A DNA stretch of 64,000 nt, taken from Podarcis vaucheri. Taxonomy: Eukaryota. The position numbers and the translations under genes were made by a program. Positions 27,101 to 39,300 of the stretch are shown one piece after another (the stretch's first letter is position 1; every line of letters begins with the position of its first letter). The DNA lies in assembly GCA_965113315.1 (NCBI GenBank), contig OZ220368.1; one strand, given 5' to 3'. Below the pieces are notes generated by a model. The model was not told where the DNA came from. It worked only from the letters and a program-made list of their open reading frames with translations, and ran no database searches.

Positions 27101-28006
27101 TAAGCAAGTGGCTGAATCTTGTCACTTTTCTCTCTCTAGGAAGAAATTCGGGTTCTCCATAAGCAACTGGAAGAGTTACAAAAGCAGGTGAGCAGTTCAT
27201 TTCTATAGCACCCTGAGGCTTTCAGAACGGTGTGCCTCTTTCTCTACCTCTTCTTCTGTTTTGCATCTCCACTGTAGATGAGCCCCTATAGTAGAGATGG
27301 CTAACCTGTAGCATCTGCCCCTACAAGCCGTCCTTTAAAAGTAATAATAATTGGAGCTAACAGAGATTCATTGAAGCATTTTACCATCAGTGGCATCTGG
27401 ACAAATCTTTTAAGGGAGAGAGGATGTAGGCTTCCTCCCCACCTTAATCTGTTGAAATCTTAGTCCCTCCTTTAACATAGCTGTTTATTGCAGATCATGT
27501 CACTTTGGTCTTGTTCTTGCATTTTACTGTATGTGTATAAAATGTTTACTTACATAGCTTACTATGCTAACATTGAAAAATGCTAGAAATGATTAATAAT
27601 AATAAACCTGTATGATAAAAAATGGGACTGAAGGTGTTCCTTGCTGAGATGCAGAATTGCTGAAAGCAAGATACTCAGAATCAAACCATCTAGTGGTTCC
27701 TGATACTATCTTTTTCGTTTTTAGGTTTCTGTTCTACAAAAGCAGCTGTCACTGGAGCGGAAGCAGAAGCAGGATTATGTTGACTGCTGTGCCAAAACAA
27801 GCCAGGAGCTTTCCTGCCTACACCAAGAGCTTTCTGATTCTTTAGCTGCTGTGGCTAAGGAGCCCGAGGCTGCTGTCCTGGAACTGGAGACTCGCAAGTT
27901 GGATGAAACCCTGAACCACAGCTTGGCAGTAGGCTGGGATGGTTTCTTTTCTGGAAAACAACCGATAAACTCAACACCCAAAACAGTCCAGAAGACCTCA
28001 AGATAG
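1..28006 (+). CDS. CEP250: Centrosome-associated protein CEP250 (C-Nap1), 5'-partial multi-exon gene; 24 coding exons, about 2303 aa in window
   Basis: Long Q/E/K/L coiled-coil exons joined in phase by GT-AG introns. Recognisable peptides: VLTRRSKEVQ|HLRQQL, MSALNEALALDKV, C-terminus LSLERKQKQDY...EPEAAVLELETRKLDE. Adjacent to ERGIC3 as in other vertebrates. Confidence 0.93.
420..2850 (-). mobile_element. Decayed, 5'-truncated L1-clade LINE (ORF2 RT and C-terminal region)
   Basis: YRPISFLNCDYK, LDVEKAFD, KQGCPLFPLLF, FADD motifs; EGTFFHMW near 1000-1030; frameshifts and stops; T-rich (polyA) end near 420. Confidence 0.88.
3033..3211 (+). CDS. CEP250: CEP250 exon
   Basis: ttttgcag|HLRQQLL...ETYR, donor AG|GTCAGA. 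Confidence 0.88.
3722..3904 (+). CDS. CEP250: CEP250 exon
   Basis: DHITLDKSKIELQQQLEVLEQE...REREY, phase 2/2. Confidence 0.88.
4273..4417 (+). CDS. CEP250: CEP250 exon
   Basis: QEDRNALEGKHSLL...TALEQ|GTACAG. Confidence 0.88.
5846..5992 (+). CDS. CEP250: CEP250 exon
   Basis: AEQSFAKL...MSALNEALALDKVSLNQLLLK|GTAAGA. Confidence 0.9.
6194..6422 (+). mobile_element. 5'-truncated Sauria SINE
   Basis: Sauria core and (ACCTTT)n tail; 12-bp TSD AGGTTGCATTTT at 6182-6193 and 6423-6434. Confidence 0.9.
6465..7280 (-). mobile_element. L1-like 3' fragment, decayed
   Basis: Minus strand ETFIHMWW motif (~6990-7015), typical of L1 ORF2 C-terminus; boundaries approximate. Confidence 0.6.
7481..7711 (+). 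CDS. CEP250: CEP250 exon
   Basis: MEQEKQALL...EKLSQ|GTGAGT. Confidence 0.88.
7798..9164. mobile_element. Non-autonomous hAT (Charlie/Buster-type) DNA transposon, CpG-rich, 1367 bp
   Basis: Perfect 15-bp TIR CAGTGTTTCCCAACC / GGTTGGGAAACACTG; perfect 8-bp TSD AGTTAGAT (7790-7797, 9165-9172). Confidence 0.93.
9192..9330 (+). mobile_element. tRNA-headed SINE with CR1-type tail (Squam2-like)
   Basis: TAGCTCAG A-box, degenerate B-box, then gcagggggttggactagatg...(ttctatga)n tail. Confidence 0.7.
9805..9998 (+). CDS. CEP250: CEP250 exon
   Basis: AHHQHE...REKAALEVRLGAVERER...|GTAAGA. Confidence 0.88.
10507..10634 (+). CDS. CEP250: CEP250 exon
   Basis: SAKDLLESSLLQAQ...QAKEVIQG|GTAAGA. Confidence 0.88.
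10771..10940 (+). CDS. CEP250: CEP250 exon
   Basis: EVRCLCTELE...LRQEL|GTAAGC. Confidence 0.88.
12637..12816 (+). CDS. CEP250: CEP250 exon
   Basis: EGERERHRLELEQ...ENAKQE|GTAAAG. Confidence 0.87.
13380..13514 (+). CDS. CEP250: CEP250 exon
   Basis: VLLEKENEKKSLQE...QEREQ|GTAGGA. Confidence 0.87.
14447..14590 (+). CDS. CEP250: CEP250 exon
   Basis: DTLQGLEAKLKEAQ...RDSLQSQ|GTGATT; acceptor unusually G-rich. Confidence 0.82.
15102..15940 (+). CDS. CEP250: CEP250 exon, enlarged by internal coiled-coil repeats
   Basis: 839-nt open exon VQELQSQLL...LEQKHT, donor AG|GTGAGC, phase matches next exon. Confidence 0.85.
16698..16857 (+). CDS. CEP250: CEP250 exon
   Basis: LAASLEEKELRL...ELTRQ|GTATTA. 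Confidence 0.87.
17219..17576 (+). CDS. CEP250: CEP250 exon
   Basis: IQSLREIVLEKEA...LFSAK G|GTGAGT. Confidence 0.87.
19430..19557 (+). CDS. CEP250: CEP250 exon
   Basis: ...LSAELTVERVAEAIQDLRQELWQTRLER|GTAATC; acceptor chosen by phase. Confidence 0.8.
20938..21058 (+). CDS. CEP250: CEP250 exon
   Basis: DEMRKNSEKLKQDL...DQSQE G|GTATAG. Confidence 0.87.
21709..21863 (+). CDS. CEP250: CEP250 exon
   Basis: KNVKEGRRGSLES...RKDVM|GTAAGG. Confidence 0.87.
22616..25072 (+). CDS. CEP250: CEP250 giant coiled-coil exon (819 codons)
   Basis: ttcag|NERDMLQ...DRLHLQ|GTAAGG; contains the 828-aa ORF of the track. Confidence 0.92.
25500..25625. mobile_element. Short hairpin MITE (hAT-like)
   Basis: Internal inverted repeat GGACTACAACTCCCATCA (25524-25541) / TGATGGGAGTTGTAGTCC (25572-25589). 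Confidence 0.7.
25843..25971 (+). CDS. CEP250: CEP250 exon
   Basis: EQLDTAFRALEEE...EAGK|GTAAGA; an in-frame alternative donor exists after 25947. Confidence 0.78.
26263..26415 (+). CDS. CEP250: CEP250 exon
   Basis: HVRKEGELTW...LQQAVARLE...LRGALEQ|GTGAGA. Confidence 0.87.
26798..26905 (+). CDS. CEP250: CEP250 exon
   Basis: VERERRRLKR...; donor AAG|GTCTGA (alternative after 26887 possible). Confidence 0.78.
27140..27187 (+). CDS. CEP250: CEP250 exon (48 nt)
   Basis: ctctctag|EEIRVLHKQLEELQKQ|GTGAGC. Confidence 0.8.
27725..28006 (+). CDS. CEP250: CEP250 last coding exon
   Basis: VSVLQKQLSLERKQKQDY...KTSR*, TAG at 28004-28006. Confidence 0.9.
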   Translation, partial: VSVLQKQLSLERKQKQDYVDCCAKTSQELSCLHQELSDSLAAVAKEPEAAVLELETRKLDETLNHSLAVGWDGFFSGKQPINSTPKTVQKTSR

Positions 28007-28680
28007 CATGAAGGAAATGGCAGGAGTCAGAAGCTCTGCAGAAGTGCCTCCATCAGAACAATCTTGAAAGACTCTTTCATCAACACGAACTTCAACCCAT
28101 ATTGAACTGCATATAATCATTAATATGCAGGGGGCTTCACCTCACTCAACTAGGCCTGGACTCTAGGACCCATGCTGCCAATTTGTCTGTTCATTGTTTG
28201 GAGTCAATCATGTTAAAACAAGCTGTGAAATAACAAGAATAGCTGGTGGGCTGCATATTAAGTAACTGAAGATATGTATTGTGGAGATTGTGTCATAGAA
28301 CAGAACTCTGAGCTAAGGATGAGAATCTAACCAAAAAAGAGAACTGAATTTCTGGTGGGGAGAGTAGAAGTGAATTGCTGAAACTGAGTCCTGAGGGAGA
28401 TGGGAGTTCACTAAAAAAAAGTTCCAGCCAGATTTTACATAGAAGTCAGGTCAGAACTGTATGTTGGGGAGGGATTCTAACCAAAGCAGCATTATCTGAA
28501 TTCCTTAATAATTTTACTGGGTAATGAAATTTTTTTCAGAATTGATGTCTTACCCTGTTCTGAATGCAGCAGCTCATTGTAAAATATATTTAAAGTTGTT
28601 CAGTATTTTTGTACTAAATATTTTCTTAATATTTATAAATATATTCACTTTAACTTTTTTAACTCAAAATACCCTTCCAC

Positions 28681-28686
28681 ATTAAA
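28681..28686 (+). terminator. Probable CEP250 poly(A) signal ATTAAA
   Basis: After AT-rich 3'UTR and followed by a GU/U-rich tract (~28720-28740). Confidence 0.5.
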
Positions 28687-29739
28687 TATGTCTACTTTAC
28701 TTGATCACTTCAGTTCCTATCTTGTTTGTTTCTATTTGTTAGGAAGCTGTACTTTCTATGCTGATTTTAGCCCTTAATGTCAGTATAATGTATACCCTTA
28801 GCTTGTGCTGCTGGACCTGCAACTGCAAAAAGAAACACACTCACACCTCTGAAATAAGTATGTGCTTGTCTCATACACTCCTTTTTTGAGATTTTCCCTG
28901 AGATCCTGTCACTGGTTGTTATTGTAATGCACAGTGTCCTTTCTTCACAGCTTCATCAGCATGGCAAGAACTCCTAGGTAAGTATAGTTAAGATTGCAGC
29001 CTTATTTTATTTGAAACTTCTCTTTTTAAGTTTACAAATTCCAGTAACTGCCAATGATCCCCATTTTGCTGGCTGGGAGAGCAGAGTTTGGTAGAAAGTT
29101 GCTTTTACAGTCTATTTTCGGGTTACACAGTCTGAAGCCAGGTACCATATCATCTGAAACATACTCCTGTTTATCTATAAAAATTTAACTTGCCCTATAT
29201 CAAATTGATCTCAGGCTAGGGTTCATTTAAGACAAGTGATCCATCAAGAAATAGATAATTTCTCCAATTTATTGTTTTATCTTAAATACAGAGTGACTAG
29301 TTCCTCTAGCACAGGGGTGGGGAACCTTTATTCTGCTGTAGTTGTCCTGGTACCACTTTTCCTGACTCAGGCAAGAAAGAGAAAAACAGAACTGGATATC
29401 ACCAGCATGTTTAATGAAAGGTGCAGGCTAAAGCTGGTCTGGATGTCCAGCCAAAAACCTCTCCTACAAAATGTTCGGGTTGCCAACAAAAGTCAGTCTT
29501 CTTAAATTGATCCCCCAAAGCCCTTTCCATTCCGCAGAATGCAGAATATATACACACACCCCTCGCAAATTCACTGCATTCATTCCTCTCTACATGGAAG
29601 CAAGCCCCTTTCTCTCAATGGGATTTCCGTTTTCAGTTGTCTCTTTAGGATTGCGGTTCACAACCCGAGTTGGGGTGAGGGGAGAGGGAAAAAACCCCGT
29701 TGCTACTTTTAAATTCCTTGATGAGGAGGGAAATACGCT

Positions 29740-30380
29740 GTCCGGCCAGGGCTGCACTAAAAATCCTAACCGTCTAAAAAAAGCGGGACCGCATGTCGTC
29801 TTAGGGGGGTTGTATGGCATCCCACTCCTCTCTATCGTGGCTGCCATAGCAACGGGGGCGGAGCGGCAGAGCCCCCAACCGGAAGCAGGTTATTTTTCCG
29901 GGTCACAGGGAGGGCGGGGTGGGAGTGCCCGTCATGGAGTCGCTCGGGAGGCTGAAGCGGTTCGATGCGTTTCCCAAGACGCTGGAGGATTTTCGGGTTA
30001 AGACCTGCGGCGGGGCGCTCGGTGAGAGGCGTCGCTTGCGGGGGGCGGCCTAAATAGTGCTCTGGCGAGGAGCGCCTTCCTTGCGGCGGGAGCGGTCTTG
30101 CGGCTCGCGGGGTTCAGACGCGAGTTCACTCACGATGTGATGCTTTCATTTGCGTGTCCCGTGTGCGAGTCTGTTACGTGCAGTCGCGTGTTCAGGTGAC
30201 GGGCTTGTTTCGCACGTGATATCTCATCACTTCGGCGACTTGCAGCTGAGCTTTCCTTCCCGGAAAGCCTCTAGTGTTTGAGATGTGGCCCTTCTGTCTG
30301 CGGTGTTTTTAATCCGTTCTGGTTTACTCGCACGTGTAAGTCTCCTCGATGGCAGCGGCAGAAGCATCAAGAAGGCTGGG
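29740..30380 (+). promoter_or_regulatory. CpG-island promoter of ERGIC3
   Basis: CpG-rich stretch around exon 1. X-box-like GCTGCCATAGCAAC 29840-29853, GC box GGGGCGGAG 29855-29863, ETS core CCGGAAG 29879-29885. Confidence 0.75.
29934..30021 (+). CDS. ERGIC3: ERGIC3 exon 1 (coding part)
   Basis: gtcATGG start, donor G|GTGAGA. Confidence 0.95.
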
Positions 30381-33300
30381 CGTGTGGGTGCGAATGAACC
30401 AGCTCTGGAAGAGATGCAAAACATATAGGAAGCGGCGTCCTTTTACTATACTGTACTGCCTCGAGCGGCATAGCAGGTGTGTGGTCGGTTTGGTTGTTGT
30501 GCAGAGCCTCTTCATGATCAGGCAAGAGTGGGAAGAGGACTAATTCTCAAGAGATGCCCTTAGTCAACTCAAGGTAGCGACTGGTTTAAAGAGCCTTTAG
30601 TATTTAATCAGGAAATGTCTTGGGTAACACTCCTTCAGTTTAGTAAACTTCCTCTCCAGCAGATGTATTTTGCTAGCCTGGCTTGCTAAGAGTCTGCAAT
30701 ATTTCCATGCTGGCTGCAGAGGATGGGAATCTCCCATTTTTGTGTGCCCATTATGAAGATGCAAGAGACTAACAACTAGTTAGAAATCTATCAAGTGTGC
30801 TGGCAGAGGAGGAAAAGAGCTTAAGGGAACCATCTTCCCTTTCTGCTCAGCCAACATAAAAACCAAGCATTGCTTCCCATTAACCCATTGTTTCCTGCTT
30901 GGCAGGGGGTTGGACTCGATGGCCCTTGTGGTCTCTTCCAACTCTGTGATTCTATGATTCCCTACTAGCCCACTATGCTCTCCCCTACCTCACTTTCTCC
31001 TATTACTAAAACCTTAGTTCTGTAAACACCTTCAGGGAAAGGAGTAAGAGGGTAAATCAAACCCCTAGCAAGTCTTGATGGAGCAGTATAGCTACCATTG
31101 CTACCACAGCACCACAGCTTGTGCTGGGGAAGCCCCTTTGCTGTACAGTGGTACCTCGGGTTAAGAACTTAATTTGTTCCGGAGGTCCGTTCTTAAGCTG
31201 AAACTGTTCTTAACCTGAAGCACCACTTTAGCTAATGGGGCCTTGCGCTGCCAGAACACAATTTCTGTTCTCATCCTGAAGCAAAGTTCTTAACCCAAGG
31301 TAATATTTCTGGGTGAGCGGAGACTGTAATCTGAAGCGTATGTAACCCGAGGTAGCACTGTACTATATCTTGTGGCAGCAAGGCTAGCTCAGAATCCAGT
31401 GGGTCTTTTGCCAGCCTGGTCTCAGCCCTCAAATGCTCTGTTTCATGGGTTTCCCCATGGCTACTACCTCCAATAGGTGAGGTGGAGTCACAGATAGAGT
31501 CAGGCAGGCTGGGTAGAAGGACAGTTGGCCCTATTCACACCCCTATTCAACACTGCAGATTGAGGGGTTGGATTACTCTCTAAACTCCACTGGACAGTAT
31601 GGGGCTAACTTTTGAGTAAATATGCATTGGATTTCCCTGCAAGGCTGGATTTTCCATCTATTCTTGCTATTTTCCTGGTGGATACCAGCACTGAACCAGC
31701 ATAGTTTATATGTATAAATAAGCACATGGGAAGCTTTATACAACACTTTTTGTAGTATTTCTTTGCATGTTCTTATGGCTATACCAGGGGTTTTCAGCCG
31801 TGGTGCCTTGGGTTGCCTTGAATGGTGGTTAGGGATGTTGCAGGCAACACTGGCCTCTGCCCTTCTTTCCTTCCCTCCCTCCTCTGATGCCCTCTCATTT
31901 CTTTGCCTCCCCAAGACTTACACAGCTGTTTGTTGCAGCAGCCCTGGCTACAAGCTCCACAGGCAAATTGTGCCTTTGGAGAGGAGAGGAGAAGAGGCTG
32001 AGGAAACACTCCACAAAAGCGTGTGTTCAAAAAGGGCTGAGGGGCTGCTGGCTCTGCAGGCAAGAGTTGGCATAACTGGGATCCTAAGTCCCACAGGGGT
32101 GCTACAGAAAGAATGTAGTTGGGTCAAGGAAGCCGTGGACTTGAAAAGGTTGAAAACCTCTGTGCTATACTATTCAGAAAAGCCTATTGCATGTATCTTC
32201 CTTTATAAGAAAGTTAATGCCCTGTAGATGAGTGTAAATAACTCATAAGACCTAGTATGCCTTTGACTTAAATTAAACTGTTGGATTAACACCCATCTTA
32301 TAACAGTAACAGAACTGGAACCCTTGCCTGACGCCTTCACTCCATATCTTTAAGCACCAAGTGAAAACATTTCTCTTTAAACAGGCCTTGAGCTAATTAA
32401 CATTCTATGTCCCTTTAAATGTGTTGGGGGTGTTATTGGTTTGCTTTTGTTTTTGTTTTACTATTTATTTTGTGTTCTTATTCATTTTTTTTTTTTGTTG
32501 TAAACCACCCTGGGATCTTCAGACTAAGGGCAGTATACAAATTGAATAAATAAGAACAATAACAATAGTGAAGCCGCAACTTCCAACCAAAGGACAAAAT
32601 ACTTACTGTGTATTTTTTAAAAAAATCCACCCCTATTTATTATGTAATCAGTTTGTTCCAGGAAACAACGCCTAAGCCAGCAACCTGCTTGCTGTGCTTC
32701 CTAGCGGCTTTCTACTGCACAGTAGATTATTTTTGGAGAGAACCTTGGGGCTTATTTGCCAAGTGTTGTATTCTAATTGGTGCTTGTTTTGAGAGCACAC
32801 CTCTTTTACTGAACACAGGAAACAAGGAAGTAGGATTTTCTTCCTAGTATTTTTTTACTTTGGAGTAATTCCAGTTCCTTGAAAGTAGTTAAGAAGGAAA
32901 AGAATTAAAACTGATTCCACCAAGATGCTTCATTCTGTTCTTAATGGTTTTTGTTTTACTGTATTCATATTATTGTACACTGCCCTGGTATTTTATGAGA
33001 GGGCAGTATACAAATACTTTTACAAATACATAAAGAGAAGGGATTTTTAGTGGGTGGATTGAAGACTTAGTGACTACTAAAGTAGAAAGTGATCATTTAA
33101 TCTAACTTAGGCCACTCAAGTACATATGTGTTAAGGCTGGGTGATATCTGGTTTTCAGCATCATGATATATCAACAGCTAAATATAGCTGTCTGAAATGT
33201 ATCTCGGCTGCATCTTCCTCCCCACCTTTCTGGGATGGAGAAGAGTGCAGCATTTTGCAAAGGGTTCAGGGATATGTTTCAGCATGCTGAACAATTCATG

Positions 33301-36300
33301 TGGGGGTGCTGACCAGATCTGTTGAGCCTTGTAATCAAACTACATGTACTGAGAGTGTACCTGCCAAAGAACACATAAGGAGCTCTCTTGTTTGCTGTGT
33401 GTTTCATGGAAAGATTAGAGGTGATAGGCAAGCAGTTTTTTGAGAACGCTTATCTAACCGTTGATCTTCATGAGCTCCTTATTTAGAAGATATCAGATCA
33501 GTTCCCGCTATCTCCAGGAAAAGACCCATTTGGAACCCAGGAGAGCCACTGTCATTCAGTGTAGACAACATCAAGCTAGATGAACCAATAGTGTGACTCG
33601 GTATAAGTCAGCTTCCTATGTTCCCTAAAATATTGATAAGATCATGTGTAGTAGAAGTTGCAAGATATGACAATATGTTACTTGTATTTTCCTTTCTCTC
33701 TCTGCAGTGACTGTAGTCAGTGGACTTGTCATGCTCTTACTGTTCTTCTCGGAGCTCCAGTACTATCTCACAAAGGAGGTAAATGAGTCTGTTTTTCTCA
33801 TCCCCTGTGCACACGCTCCCAAATACAGATTTTGCTTCGTCTTTGTTTTTTTATGCTAGAGATTTCGATAATTGTGGATAGTGTGCTAGACTAAGGCTGA
33901 AGCGATCCAGCCATGATGCTCATGGAGTTATTCAGAACATAGGAAGCTGCTTTCTACCAAGTCAGGTCATTGATGGGCCAGCCACCATCTGTTAGCCAAA
34001 CTTACTTACCTCACAGAATGGTTGGGAAGATAAAAGGGAATCCAGCAAAGTTGTTGGGTGAGCAGAGCAGCTTCCCTTCACGCAATAGAAGTTCACCTCC
34101 CCCTCCTCCCCCTGCACCCATGCCATCTGCTCCAGAGGGTTGGGAGAACCTCAAGCAGATTGAAGGAAGAGATGGAGAAGTTTCATTGCATGAATGAAAG
34201 TTGCTTTACTTGTGCAATCACTTTGTTAGATGTCTCCTTGAATTACTTGAGGACAGGGTAGAATAATATTCAAATACTAGCCACAGCTTTAGTGTACAGT
34301 TTATGTAAAAAATCAACCCGAATTTTCATTCATGCTTTAGCTTAGGTTTCCTAACTATTTTTTAATAGTCTTTTATTCTGTAATGGGATAAAATAGATTT
34401 AGAAAATCTCCTTTCTCAGCCTGCATGCTTAGTGTCAAACCTTTGGGGTTGTTTTCATAGATTAATGCAATTGGAATTGTAAGATGCTATTCTGTCTCTA
34501 GACACATAATCTTTTACTTGCTTCCTCATTTAAGATCCTCCATCTAGGCCTCTTTCACACTTCCTTAATCAAAGGAGGAAATCAATACTGTTATTTCTTT
34601 TTCCGCTCTGAAAATGTCCTACCAATGATTGTTGTGCCTCAAGGGGATTTTCTCTTTCTTCACTACATACAGTTTCAGAAAGATGAGCAAGACAGAGATC
34701 TAACCCATGTTCTGGGATTTGGTCATGATTGTGCCTTAAACTAAAGTCTATAATTCTGTTAGCCTGGTTATTCTAATTCTTATTCATGTCGACCTCTGAC
34801 ACTGTTTCTCTTAACGTTCCAGGAAATTTACCTCCCTTTTTAGTTCTCAGAATGTGGAATGCTTATAAACAAACATTTACAAATCTGGACAGATGAGGAA
34901 AAAAACTGATTTTTTAATTTTTATATATATTTTTTGCAATTAGGTGATTTTTCATTTTCTTCATTTTTAGATTCACCCAGAATTATATGTTGACAAATCA
35001 AGGGGAGACAAACTACGGATAAACATAGATGTTTCCTTTCCACATATGCCATGTGCTTGTGAGTATCTTCTTTAACACTTGGCTTTTGATTATATTAAAC
35101 CATGACAATATGGTATGGCTTGGCATCTCATAGCACATTATATAACTTACGTGAACTTCATTGGTCTTTGCAGAGAAAATGAATGAGAGACCAGGGGTTG
35201 AACCAGGTCCCTTACACAGGATGGCATTTTCTGTTCCTCTAGTGCAGGCTTGTTTTTGGCCTACAACTCCCATGATCCCTAGCTAGCAGGACCAGTGGTC
35301 AGGGGTGATAGGAATTGTAGTCTCGAAACATCTGGAGGGCCGAGCTTGAGGAAGCTTGCTCTAGTGAATTATTGGTCCTTCCCTATGCCCAGCTAATGTG
35401 GATATAAGGGGTCTACATTGCTGTTTTTGGATGCTTAGTCCTTTCGGTCCCGCTTAGTTCTCTTCAGTGAATCGGCCTAATCCTTAGAAAGGTCCTCTCA
35501 GAAAACCTTTGTATTTTGTACCATTTTGATATTTGATAGCTCAGTGGGTATATCACAGTGGTGGGGGACTTTGGCCCATGGACCTGATTAGGCTTACCTG
35601 GCCTCCTCATTTGGCCTGCAGGGCCATTTTGGCCAAGCAATGCCCACTTGCCATCGCTTATGGTCTCAGGTGTGGTGCAAGGAAAGATGTGGCTGAACTA
35701 AAGGGAGGTTTGCAGGCACTGACAATCAGCTGATTGACGGTGTCAGTAAAGCCCTGTGAACAGTGCTTTCCAAGAGCTGCTGATTAGCAGTTCCTGCTGT
35801 GCTTTTACCTGCATAGTATAATTTCAAACCATGTGGATTGACAGGTGGGTGTCCCCCCGCACCTGTGGCCCTTGGCTCTTGGAAGTGGGGGAGAGAAGGA
35901 TGTGGCTTTTCTCCCAGAGCCAGATCCGCACCCCTGGTTTATCATGAAGTAAAGGAATCATCTGATGTCTCACGAAATCTGCCTTCGCCTGTCCATTGTT
36001 GTTTTTCAGATTTGAGCATTGATGCAATGGACGTAGCTGGAGAGCAACAGCTAGACGTTGAACACAACCTCTACAAACAGCGCTTGGATAAAGATGGCAA
36101 GCATGTGACTCCAGAGGCAGAAAGACATGGTAGAATACACTGCTCCCCCCGTGTGGGAACAGTATTGCAGACAAGATGCTAACACTGTGGCATCTGATTT
36201 AAAGGCAGCTAAAGTGAGAAGCTTACACTCTTGTCTACTGTAGGGCCAGACATTTGCTGCTTCTCATGGAGGTGCACCACTGTTAACAATGGTTGGGTGT

Positions 36301-39300
36301 GCTTTAGATTGATAGTTCCATGCTGGGAATCTGGGGGTTGCTAGTACAAGGACCTTGTCTGTCTTTGTTTCAGAGTTGGGAAAAGAAGAGGAGATACTAT
36401 TTGATCCAAACTCTTTAGACCCTGATCGATGTGAAAGTTGCTACGGGGCAGAATCTGAGGACATCAGGTATGCCTTAATTCCCTCACTATTACCTAGAGG
36501 CAAAGAGATGAAGTTGGAAGGGAGCTGCATAACCATAGCATTTCCTGAACCTTCTATGAAGGACTGGGCTCCAGAATGCTTTTAGTCAAACGCCATGTGC
36601 TTGCCTATTCTGCTTACTCTGGAGGTCAGGTTGAGGATGATACTGGTTTCTTCATAGTTAATTGGAAGAGAGGATAAATAGGCAATGCGTGGATTTCATT
36701 AACCTTCTGTCTTTCAGATAACAATGGACCGGCTGCATTTAATATTTATTTTAAATTGTTGTAACCCGTCCCTGGGATCTTAGGTTGAAGGGTTTGTAAA
36801 AAATTAAAATAAATACAAAATCATCATAAGATGGTGATGATGGTGATTTGTTGTTATTATTCTGTGTACATAGCTCTGCAATGGTTCAGGCTGCCTGTTT
36901 CACTGATTAGAAAGGTCCTGCAGGTTGCTTCTGTGAGTGAAGCCATAGAAGGATGAAGAGGTGACCACTTGTCTGTCAGCCATGTGCTAGTAATCTGGGA
37001 ACAGCTCAGCATGCTGCATCTGAGATAGGGAGATACATTTTTTCCACATTATTTTACTTATGGGAAGACCTATGGGGCACATCTTTTTGTGTCCCTGCTG
37101 GTGGCTATTTCTTGCTCAGCAACCTTCGCCCTCTCCCAGCTGTGAGTTTTCTGAAGCTCCATGAAGCACACAGGAAGCAACTGGCAGGGTTTACACAGCT
37201 TTGTCCATTTCAGATGGAAGTATAGACTTTTATGAAGAACCCCATTTTCTTACTATGTGCTTCATAGGTGACCATTTTTGCTGATTTACATGCTTATTCT
37301 TTTTCACAGATGCTGTAATACTTGTGACGATGTGAGAGAAGCATACAGGCGGCGTGGCTGGGCTTTCAAGAATCCAGACACAATAGAACAATGCAAGAGA
37401 GAAGGATTTAGCCAGAAAATGCAAGAGCAGAAAAATGAGGGCTGCAAAGTATATGGCTTCTTAGAAGTCAACAAAGTAAGTGAGTCAATTTTTATCACCT
37501 TACTCCAAAAGGTATATTGAAATCCCAGTGACACAAGTGACCAAGAAGCAAAGGAAACTAGAAAATGGGATCCGCACTCTGGTGTTGCTATAGTTTGAGT
37601 GTCAGTCTCTAGATTTTTGCAGCCGTGCATATTACTGTTGAGCAACATACAAGATAGATACCATGTAGAATAGAAATTAATATAGTGATTAGCAAAAGTT
37701 CACCCACAGTTTTTAGAGCCAGAACGTAAACTTTATAACCCCGTGGAGAATACGGGTTGCATGTGGAGTATGCTTTTATACGCTTTGGTCTATCACAAGT
37801 TTTTGGCAGCTTAAATCTTTACTGTACTTTGTTTAATCTTACAAAGAGGAACGCCAGTGTCTCCCTCTAAGCTCTCTTCCAGATTCCTTATAAGTTAGAT
37901 AGTTCCTAATGAAACTGCTTATTCCTTCAGCATTTGGCACTAGCTTCTCTCCTGTAACTAACACCTCTGTAGCAGGAAGTGACTTTTTCGGACCAAATTT
38001 ACATATGTAGACTACTAAATACTAGGTTGTATCGCTAAATGATAGTTTGTACCACTTCAGACTTCTGGGTGAAGGGTACTTCATTTCTGAATATAAAAAA
38101 GAAAGGGTGAGGACCACCCAACATACACAGTAGGGAGACCAGGCTAGAATCTTTCCTTTTATTTGGGATAGTGCCCAGACCAGTTTTATTCATCATATGA
38201 GGGGGAAGGGATCTAGCCCTGTTTGCTTTCTTCTGTGCTAATCTACTTTCAAATAGTGTGGTTTTGATGGAGGGAAAGATTCAAAAATGTGGTTCACCAC
38301 TTGCAGACTGAAGTGGTAAAAGCCATGCTGGATTTTGTGGGTTTTGTTTTGATTTTACATAATATTACATATTTTAGCAAAGATTGCGATTGTGCCATAA
38401 AAACATTACTTCCGATCCAGAGGACCTGATTAGTTTATGAACATGTGAGCTGATTTACTTCCATGAAGGAAATGTATGTGAAGTCCAAAAGCATAAGGCT
38501 GGAATGGGGAAAGGGAGCTTCTTCTGATGAGAGGTGCTGTTCTTCCCCCAAAGGCTTCCGTGAGTCCAGAGTATGTGGTGATCCATAGTTTGGGCTGTGT
38601 CTGTTCAAGTTGAGTATTCTTATCTCTTCAATGGTCAGTGTAGCAAGCAATCTGCATTTGCAGTTTGGAGGAGGGGTTCAAAGCCTTGGATATCATTTTT
38701 GTATCTTTCTAAATTTGGTGTCTCTTGACTTTAAAATATCAACTGTATGTTGATATAGTAATTCTCACAATAAAGACTGGCTGTTTTCAATTTGCAGAGA
38801 AAGGCAATAAGATTTGTACATTGCTGTGCTTTGGACATTAGCAACTCCTGCTCGGATCTAGTTTGGGTGAAAGTGTATTGAAGTACAGTATATAGGTTAA
38901 ACACTTCACCTTCACATTCCTTGTGGAGTGCCCTTTTTAAGCTTTACAGCTTCACTTTTAAAAGTTGTTACAATCTTCTAAGGAGAGCAGGGCAGTTTAA
39001 TGAAATGTAGCTGTCTTTTACAGGTAGCTGGCAATTTTCACTTTGCACCAGGAAAAAGCTTTCAGCAATCTCATGTTCATGGTAAAGTAGTTTGCATTCT
39101 TCTGAGTGGGTTTTGTTGTAATGTTTCCTTTTTACTAAATATCAGGAAATAATTGTAACTCATGCACTAAAGTAGGTATATAGAATATACTGTTAAGGAG
39201 GAACTTTCTGAAGGGGTGTTCTGAGAAGTATGTTGGAAAACTGTGATATTTCTATTCACATGAGAAAGAAAGTTCTAACATTAGATCCTTTGAGGCTGTG

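Noticed and set aside
29471-30001. 176-aa ORF overlapping the ERGIC3 promoter
   Set aside because: Out of frame with ERGIC3, no homology recognised, runs through promoter motifs.
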